The translations under genes were made by a program, and so were the position numbers. The notes beneath the pieces were generated by a model. The model was not told the origin of the DNA. It worked only from the letters and a program-made list of their open reading frames with translations, and did not search any database. Shown one piece after another: positions 55,051-64,000 of a stretch of DNA of 64,000 bases (position 1 is the first letter of the stretch; each line of letters opens with the position of its first letter). This DNA comes from Octopus sinensis (lineage: Eukaryota), in contig NC_043002.1 of NCBI RefSeq assembly GCF_006345805.1, forward strand, positions 32,302,001-32,366,000. Reading direction: 5' to 3'.

Positions 55051-56001
55051 GTAAGTGGTGAATAGCAACACTTAATATGATTTTTAATAAAAGGTACTGA
55101 TAGCACCAAAACAATTTACAGTTGAATTCCATCACCAATAATGTCGGTTTTATTCCGTTAGGATATTCCTTATACTGTATCTAAAAAAATGCAGAAAGAA
55201 TTGCATAGGAGGTAACAATGTTCTTCATTTGGATTGCAAGGCACTCTACGTGATGGGTTACCACAGTTTCTGCATATTCACTCTCTCTCCAGACGTCTAT
55301 ATTGTCCTGAAGTCATGGTAGAATGTACTCGACAATAAAGCTAGGTAGCAGGATCGATACTAGGTTCTCATTAATGCGAAACGAAAATTGTAACCACTTG
55401 GTCATGCCTTTATCTGCAACCCCACACAGACATACACTCGTGTATACATAAGTATATCACATGGATACATAGATACAAACACAGATATATTTATATGTAG
55501 GTAATTTACGTATGCATGTATATGTATGCATGTATATGTATGCATGCATGCATGTATGTATGTATGTATGTATAAATGTATGTATGCATGCATGCATGTA
55601 TGTATGTAAGTATGAATGTATGTATGTATGTATGCATGTATGTATGTATGTATGTAAGTATGTATGTATGAGGGAGCGAGTCCTAGAGGATATAATATTA
55701 CATTCACGACTGCGAGATCGATATTTCGATTCCTGGACTGGCGGCGATGCATTGTTTACTTGAGTGAAACTTTAACTTCATGAGACTCTGTGGTTCCTTT
55801 AACATCTGATTCATCGCACACTATGCACATGTACTGGCAAAGTCAGTTCGAAGGAGAGAGAGTGACCTAGCGTACAGCATGAATATTTGATTATTATAAA
55901 CAAATCATCAGTGCAACTTGTTTAGCATATTGTGGAATCCTCATTTATCGCCTATTACAGTTCACGAAGTTACAAACACTCGTGCACGCACACATTCGAA
56001 C

Positions 56002-56039
<38 letters not shown>

Positions 56040-56156
56040 TATATATATATTATATATATATATATATAATATATATATATATTCTTACATGCATTCATAT
56101 GATATGTACATATACACACATGCACATATACAACCACACACGCATATATACGCGTG

Positions 56157-56215
<59 letters not shown>

Positions 56216-56221
56216 CGTGTG

Positions 56222-56430
56222 TGTGTGTTTGCATATCTTTGTTTGACCTCCCACCATCGCTTGACAACTAATGTTGGTGTATTTACGTCTCCGTAACCTA
56301 GTGGTTCGGCAAAAGTGACCGATTTTATAAGTACTAGGCTTACAAAGAATAAGTCCTGGGGTCGATTTGTTCGACTAAAAATCGGCGCTCCACCATTGCT
56401 GTAGTGAAATGACTGGAGCAAGTACAAGTA
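56222..56430 (+). mobile_element. Long-family SINE, 3' half, in ACE intron 3
   Basis: catcgcttgacaac...ccgtaacctagtggttcggcaaaag...aagtcctggggtcgatttgttcgactaa. Confidence 0.8.
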
Positions 56431-56504
56431 TACACACACACTCACACACACACACACACACGCACACACACACACACACACACGCACGCACGCACACACA
56501 CACA

Positions 56505-56566
<62 letters not shown>

Positions 56567-56672
56567 AATAAATAATCAAAATAAGGGTGAACAATTGGAT
56601 ATTAATTTAATAACATCAATTTAACACCTGTGGTTTAGCGCATAAAAAAACTGAGATTCAGTAAATATTAAT

Positions 56673-56892
56673 ACACAAATATGAGAGAGAATCCACTATG
56701 TAGACGCTCTTACGCTAAAAATAGATCCGCAATGGTCTCAACCACTAAGAATTGTTCTCCAGAATTGTTCTCCAGAATTGTTCATAGCTGTCCTAAATTT
56801 TTCTCGAGAACAATTCTTAGTGGTTGAGACCATTGCGGATCTATTTTTAGCGTAAGAGCGTCCACATAGTGGATTCTCTCTCATATTTGTGT
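56673..56892. repeat. Near-perfect inverted repeat (87 bp arms, 46 bp spacer) in ACE intron 3
   Basis: 56673-56759 versus 56806-56892 shows one mismatch by eye. The junction has a tandem agaattgttc(tcc) unit. Confidence 0.93.
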
Positions 56893-57955
56893 GTATGTAT
56901 ATACATATATATATGTGTGTGTGTGTGGTGTGTGTGTGTGTGTGTGTATGCATGTATTTATGTATGTATATATTTATGTATGTACAGATCGTTTGAATTT
57001 TAGTACATATTTTATATATTACGGAAAAGTGGGTAGTCAGAATTAGGATAAAAACTGTTCATTTAGTACTTTCATCTCTTTGAGGAATTAATTCTTCATG
57101 AATTATTCATGATAAGTTAATCCTTCAAAGGGATGAAAACGCTAAACAAATAGATATTTATCCAAATGCTGACTACCGTTTTTTTTTTAATATATAAATC
57201 TCAATAGTTGAACTCTATAGAAGTGCAATATAGGGAACACGCAGTAGTGATCAAAGGGAATGTACTGATAGTTTGATAACTTTATCGGGGACTAGGCCCA
57301 TTGGGTAAAGTGTGGCTATAAGAGAAGTCCAGGTGAGCTGATATGGAGATAGTGAACACGTTTAGGCTTCATATATAAATATATACATACATACACACAC
57401 ACACACACGCGCGCACACACACACACATATATATATGTATATATATAAACATACAAAGATATACATATATAGATATAGACAGTGAATTATGTAGATACAA
57501 AATCTATATATATTCAGAAGTAAACACATATGTACAAGCCATATAGCTATTTATATACGCTGACAAGTAAATCTACTTTTATATAGTATATACAAGAATA
57601 TAGAAAGCTAACACAGGATTGCGTAGCTGTTTCTGGGAGTTCGAAATTACCTAAGAGTTCTGCTATTTATAACCATCAGATGGAATGTGCAAAGAGTCAT
57701 GAATATGCAAAGAGTAGATGCATGTATATAGAAAGATATAGAAAGATATTACCGAAATACTGACCTCCTTCGTCAGGAGTGAAAATTAGCAAATAGCAGT
57801 TGATATCGTGATGCGGGAGATTTAAAGGTTGAATGGGAGAAGGGGAAGAGAGGAGGATGCTGGCGGCTTAGGGAAGGAGAGTCGATAAGCAGAGGAAGAG
57901 CAAAAGGAGATAAGAAATACGTAACGGAGAGGCAATGTGTACACACACACACACG

Positions 57956-57997
<42 letters not shown>

Positions 57998-58955
57998 CTC
58001 ACATAGAAGTATGTATATATGCAATCGTACACATACATATAATCACACGAATATAAATGTATGCGTATACACATAGGCATTCTGCTGAGCGATAACTTAT
58101 CTCTTTCTTCTCACCACTGAGTACTTGTATATAAAACATATCTTTTACAGATATGAAGACCCTGAGTCCAGAAATATATCTCACAACTCCCATCTTGAAG
58201 CTATATGGGCCATAATTACACTAAGATTGCAATAAAGTGTGAGGAATCCAAGTATGCTTAAACTAGGAAATATTGTAAATATATATAACATGTATAGTAT
58301 GTTTACATACCATAGGACAACAAGTGAAATTCAAGTATCTTAGAAAAATACAGAAACACTGCCACAGAGGCACACACACATTAACATACGCACATATATA
58401 TGTAAATGCTTAACATAGTTAAAAACACAACTACACGTGCGCACATTAACCGTTTGGTAACGCTGAGTCATATATAGACATGGATATTTTGCAATTTTGA
58501 TATGCATGCATAATTAGTTCTACTTACCTTGTTTTACATTATTGATGTATTATGTATATTGTTCATGCATATAAATGATTGTGTAATCAAAATTGCAGCA
58601 TTTTATCTCATATATTTTCATGCATAAGGAATAAAAATAAGTACAGTGTCAGACAGAAAACTTCCCTCTAGTATTGAAACGTATCAGAGATATTACCGCT
58701 CAAATCTATTTTCAATTATTATCAAACTATAGTATAATTATTCACTGAATCAATACAATTCATTGAAGTAAGCAGCAGAGTGTTCATTTAAGCATTATGA
58801 ACGAAATAACAAGATATTCCGACCGACAAGGGAAGAGTTTTATGGCTGATACAGTACCACTAAATTGAACCGTGAAATTTCCTTGGGTACTATTATTACT
58901 TATAATTGTTGTTGCTGCTGTATATTTTATCAGAAACCCACTGTATATTTATTAG

Positions 58956-59188
58956 AAAACAAAAAGTGTTTCAACAGCAAATGTCGAGAACTTATTCGAA
59001 ATCGAAACTTTGTGCTGCCCGCAAATGCTTGTCTTTGGAACCAGATCTTATAAATATGATGTCAGTTAGTCGAGATCCCAGACAATTGTTATGGGCCTGG
59101 AAAGGTTGGAGAGATGTAATTGGACCTTCTACTCGAGACTTGTTAACCAATTATGTCCATCTACTGAATATTGGTGCCACTGATAATG
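58956..59188 (+). CDS. ACE: ACE-like, coding exon 4
   Basis: Acceptor tatatttattAG ends at 58955 and donor GTaagc starts at 59189. Encodes KQKVFQQQMSRTYSKSKLCAARKCLSLEPDLINMMSVSRDPRQLLWAWKGWRDVIGPSTRDLLTNYVHLLNIGATDN(G), with the ACE motifs CLxLEPDL, SRDxxxLLWAWxGWR and YVxLxNxxAxxNG. I found no further ACE exon before 64000. Confidence 0.93.
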
Positions 59189-62100
59189 GTAAGCATGATA
59201 TTGTCTTTGTACAAAGTTTTGGATTCTGTCAAAAGCAGAAATGTATGTTTGTGCAATGTTTATGCTTTTAGCGTCTAGGTTATTTAACTATATTAAAAAG
59301 AGAAACATTCTCACGAGTAACTGAAAGCGTTTCTAGATTTTATAGTGAGCTTTCCATGAATTTTAGGAGCATGTTATTTTAATGGTAACCGTGATGTTCA
59401 TAGAAAGACAAGGTTCGTTAATGTTAGGTTGGTTCTGATAGAACAAATCTAAGAGGAAAGGCATTCCAGCTGTAACCCTTATGCCTTTTCAGATAATTAA
59501 ACTTGTATTTCGTTATCAATTATGACATTCCGTCTAAAACAACTGTAGAGCTTGATTTCAGAGAGATTTACCTGCCCTGACAAGCAGGCTGCACAACTAC
59601 GTAGAAGATTTCTCATCGGCGATATTTTACAGATCCACTAAAACATTTCACTGTAATTAAAGTAGCAATTGAAATTTGTACATTGTCAACTGTACCTTTC
59701 TTCTCGTGAGTTAAACAAAGGATCTGCTACGTAGTCGCTTGATCAGCAAGAAGTAGCACACGATTCTGAATTAGAACTACCCCCCACCAAAATAAAATGA
59801 GTTCATCTTGGACAGAACGTCCGTATTGGAACAGGCTGCCATAGAGTTTAACAACATCAACAACGAAGTGTGCAGATGGTTTAACAAAATGCTAAATGGT
59901 GTGATCACGCAAATATTTCTCGACCTTTCTCTATAAATCTGTGATTTATCCAATGTAGGAAATCGATTAAATAATCTAGATTTAAGCTTATCTCTGAGAA
60001 CAAACTGACGAGCTGATATATTATTCATACTTACACACATAGTACAATTTCTTCCCCCACCTCTTTCCCTTTTTGCCATGCCATCTTCGCCCCATCTCAA
60101 GTATACATACACTTGTTGATATCGATGTTGTTGCTACTTAGGTTGAAAATCATGTCGGGTGATCAGTTCGTGTACCAGGGACTGCTATATACTCTTAAGA
60201 AGGTATTTCATTTCACACAGTTTTACTTTACTCACCTGTAAACGGGTATCAGTGAAATAATGATGCAGCCTGCCTTTTAAATTTTGCATCCTGAATATAC
60301 TGTTAGCTCAAGTGTGGGACAATTGAGTGAGTGTCTAGGTCTGCTTGCAACTACATAGGCGTCTGAAACAAATATTAAAAGTATCGTACACGTTACCAAG
60401 CCAGATTATCCGGTGAAAGCTGGCTTTAAATATTATTCAGCTCCAGGTTTTACGTAGATCAATAAGAACGTTGAAACAAAGCAATCAAGTAACGATTACT
60501 TCTTTTGGGTCAAAATATATCTAGGACTACATTATCCAATATGCCCTTACATTTTATGAGACAGGAAAATTTGTGGTGAATATGTTTTCCTTTTTTTTTT
60601 CTCAGATCAGTAAACATGAAGAGGTCGTGCAGATGAACGTATGTATTTTGAAGAATATATACAAGTTCGTGTCATTCTCTGTGGCTATATAAATGAATAT
60701 ACACATACGCTAGTGTTTTTGTTTTCTACAACTAATCACGCTAAGAGAAATTATCTATATTTGGTATTTTGCATAATTTCTGTAACGTTCGGAATTTCAT
60801 TCAGAATAAAACTACGTAGAACCATGAGTCATATTCAGGGTAGTGTGAGGTAACGTCCTGATGAACGAGACAGGACTTTCCTATTATCAGCGACGTCGTA
60901 CTGTTACTGTACTTAAGAGATTAAAGTTCATCTATGTCTTAACCTTTTACCTGTCCAAATCATTTCATAGGCTTGTTCTAAACGTCCTTGCTTGTTTTTA
61001 GACTTTAGATAGCCTTTGTTTCATATGGTATGACTGATATATAGCTTTCTTTACCTAAGAAACACGTCAGTTTGGTTTTTCTAAAAGATTAGGAAATGCA
61101 TATCATATATGATGCACGGGTGATAGGAAAATAGGACCTGTGTATCAGCCAAATCATGCTTCAATGAAATCATAGCTTCGTAGAACAAAAATATTGTAAT
61201 GTGTAGTTCTAGATACACTAAGTCTAAAAGGGAAAAAGGAACATCGAAGTGATCACATCCTGAACCGGAAACTCCCAGTTGGAAATACTTTTGTTTATAA
61301 ATTTGCCTGATCAGAGCTAACCTGGAACTACCCGAAAGAAAAAGAATAACAGTCAATTATCGAGTACCCTCTGATGATAAGAAAATAATTTACTATTCAT
61401 GAAAGAAAGTAAAATAATCTATATACTGTTGTTTTTGTCATTGTTTAACATCCAGATCGGCTCATAAATCAGGATTGAATATCTCAACTGATCAAAGGCT
61501 CAATATATATATATAACATATATAGCATATATGGTTTGTCTTAATTCTACGTTCGTGTTTAAGAGCAAGCAGAGAACTTATGAACGAAAGAAGCGCTGCT
61601 ATGTTAATATCGATCGGTGACAATGAGTGCTCAGCGCTGCATTGGTGTATAAATACTTCAGATAGATGCTTAAATACACTCCAAATTAGTGTTTTCTTCT
61701 AAAGGAGATTTTAAAATATAACAATTTGGCGAGAAGTTTAGCATTTTAGACCTGGGAAAAGTGTATAAGTAAATGATCGCTCACGAAACTACAGCAATAA
61801 AAGAGACGACGTTGTCTTGCCGATCTCTGTTTTACTATCCACAGTGAGGTTGCATAAACATGATAAGCATTTACATCTATTGTATGTATCAAGTAAATAT
61901 ATTTAACTCAAGAAAGTAGTGGTGGTTAATGTTTGGATATATTCCATAGTAAAATTCGGTTCGAAAAATAAACAGTGACGGTACATCAATAGTTTACGAA
62001 CAGAATGTAAAATATGCAAGTCATTAGTTCAAAGTTTAACAGTGGTCGTTATAAACACAGTTTCACAATGATAGTAAAATGTAGGGCAACGGATTAAAGA

Positions 62101-63560
62101 TGAACCTATGAAAATGTTATTATCTTGTCGATCATTCTTTTGCTGTCGAAGGAAAGATTGTATAAACATGTCGAACGTTTACGTTTATCTTTTGTATCAA
62201 GTAAATTTATTTAATTCCCGAAAACAGAAATGGTTAAATATATTTGGTAAAGCCCATAGTAAACATTTATTTGAAACTACATCTGTGTTCATCATTGCCT
62301 TTTTGATTAGTATTGTTATTTTATATTTATTTGAGATATATATACGGAGTGAGAAAGACCGTGAAATCCTGCACCAATCTGAAAGTAGATGTAGAATGAA
62401 ATTTTGATGAGTAGAATTGGTCATTATATCGCACATATTGGCAAACATGGAAGCTAACTGGTGTACTTGTGGTACTAGGTTAGCAGCAATTGACATTTTA
62501 TGATTATTCTGTAACTGTTGCTTTTAAAAACCGTGGATATTATGTCAAAATTGTGAAGTTAATCAATAGAAGTGATCGAACATTAGCAATTCGTTAAAAT
62601 GTAGCTCCTGGGTTATTTGGGACGATCAAACAGAATGCAAATGAAGTAATTAATGTGATTAAAATGTTATGTTAAATTGAAGGCAAAATGTAATTAACGC
62701 AGCAAATTTTGTTTCAACAACGTTCACATGATATCCGGAGCTGTCTGTCATTTAATCGTTAGCACGATTGCATGGTATGTATTTTAAGAGACATTTCATG
62801 CGTGTAGAATTATTCACAGCTCGCTATAGCTTGGCGCTGTGTTAATAAATTTAATACTGTCTGATGGGTTTTATATGCTTTATGAATATCAGAGATGAAT
62901 GTTCAGCTTGTGTGTAGTATTATCATGTTCATTAGTTCTTCAATATATTGAAAATCATGACCAACAGAGTTAATTCTCTCAAGGCATGAAAACGCTGCTA
63001 CAATGGTTCAAGGTTGAATTAAATGAAAAGTAAAAAGAAGCTATCTGAGTTGTTTTTGTTTACTGTTGTCCAAAAATATTTTGCTTTGTTAGAAATAGAG
63101 TTATTTTTACGAAGGGAAGTGTATGATCGATTAAACCGACCACAAATTATTTGTGGCTATAGTCCTATAAATTTCCTTGGATAGTTATAAATGTTTACTT
63201 CTGAAGCGTAAGAACTAATGAGACAAAACATTAGTTGGTTCGAATCTAGAATACTAATTGTTCACATACATTAATAACACCAGTGCTCAATTCAGTAGTT
63301 ATATGTTCAAATATATTCCAGCTGTGATCATCTCACCTTTTGATTTCAGATGTAATGTATCCTGGGCTGTATTATCCACAGTGGCCCTCCTTTTTTTTAT
63401 GACAGTACCGCATAATTCAGTACTGGATAATACAGTTGCTATTTCTATTGAACTAAGCTCGCATCCATTTCTAACTGCGATGTCTATGACTAGTTCTTCA
63501 TAATGCATATCTTTATAGGTATGAGAGTATAGCGACTGAACCAATATTAATATCTTAGTT

Positions 63561-63770
63561 CAGGTGGAGAGCTGACAGAATCGTTATTACAGCGGCAAAA
63601 ATGCTTAGCGGCATTTTGTCCGTCTTTACATTGTGAGTTCAAATGTCGCCATGGGCAACTTTGCTTTTCATTTGTTCGGGGTCGATAAAATAATTATCAC
63701 TTGAGTACTAAGGTCGATATAATTGATTTACTCACTTCCTCGAAATGGCTGGCCTTGAGCCAAAATTTCA
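63561..63770 (+). mobile_element. Short-family SINE, diverged
   Basis: caggtggagagctgacagaatcgtta...gagttcaaatgtcgcc...ggggtcgataaaa...ggccttgagccaaaattt. Confidence 0.78.
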
Positions 63771-64000
63771 GTCCGACATTAATATTGAAGTTCTAATAAT
63801 TTTATCGATTTATGAAGAAATATAGTAAACAATGATATCGGGACTTAAAATACGAAACGAAATGAGGTCTAATGGGTCAAACATTTCTAGCATATTTTGA
63901 ACACGGAGTGTGTTTTTACCATGATTTAGTGCAGAAAGCCATAGTAAATTTTAAATTTCAAGGAAGGGAGGAAATTTCATGAGATGAAATGTCAACCAAA

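Noticed and set aside
59777-60112. 111 aa minus ORF and a protein-like plus frame (TSVLEQAAIEFNNINNEVCRWFNKML)
   Set aside because: No family motif recognised and it does not fit the ACE phase or sequence.
60606-60640. Strong polypyrimidine tract plus cAG followed by ISKHEEVVQMN and GTatgt, a possible ACE micro-exon
   Set aside because: The next ACE exon must start in phase 1, and in that phase it hits TAA immediately. There is no ACE similarity.
60868-60895. CTGATGA hammerhead-like core
   Set aside because: There is no stem II hairpin followed by GAAA.
63299-63544. 81 aa minus-strand ORF (SLYSHTYKDMHYEELVIDIAVRNGC...)
   Set aside because: No recognisable motif or splice structure, and this length can arise by chance in 64 kb over six frames.

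Overview
AT-rich, microsatellite-dense eukaryotic DNA. The SINE families look like those of Octopus (coleoid cephalopod); this is recognition from memory, not a database result. One host gene is supported: the 5' part of an angiotensin-converting-enzyme-like (peptidase M2) gene on the + strand. Four GT-AG exons (52385-52490, 52982-53130, 54893-55050, 58956-59188) splice in frame to about 215 aa, and the gene continues beyond the window. Everything else is repeat-derived or unexplained. There are three R4/Dong-type LINE fragments interleaved with (ATT)n tracts, two Tx1/L1-type LINEs plus a 3' stub sitting in (GATA)n tracts, and RTE-type 3' ends with C2H2 fingers. There is also a Helitron with both ends intact and a PIF1-like helicase remnant, mariner fragments, many SINEs, Penelope-like (PLE) remnants, several long palindromes/foldbacks and a 100-N gap. 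The best leads are the two structurally complete minimal hammerhead ribozymes with a CCGACGA core variant, LINEs that appear to target microsatellites, a 2.1 kb foldback element, a near-perfect 220 bp hairpin and a decayed exon duplicate inside the ACE introns, and a weakly supported coding-like relic at about 1-3.6 kb. Most ORFs in the supplied track are microsatellite translation artefacts.
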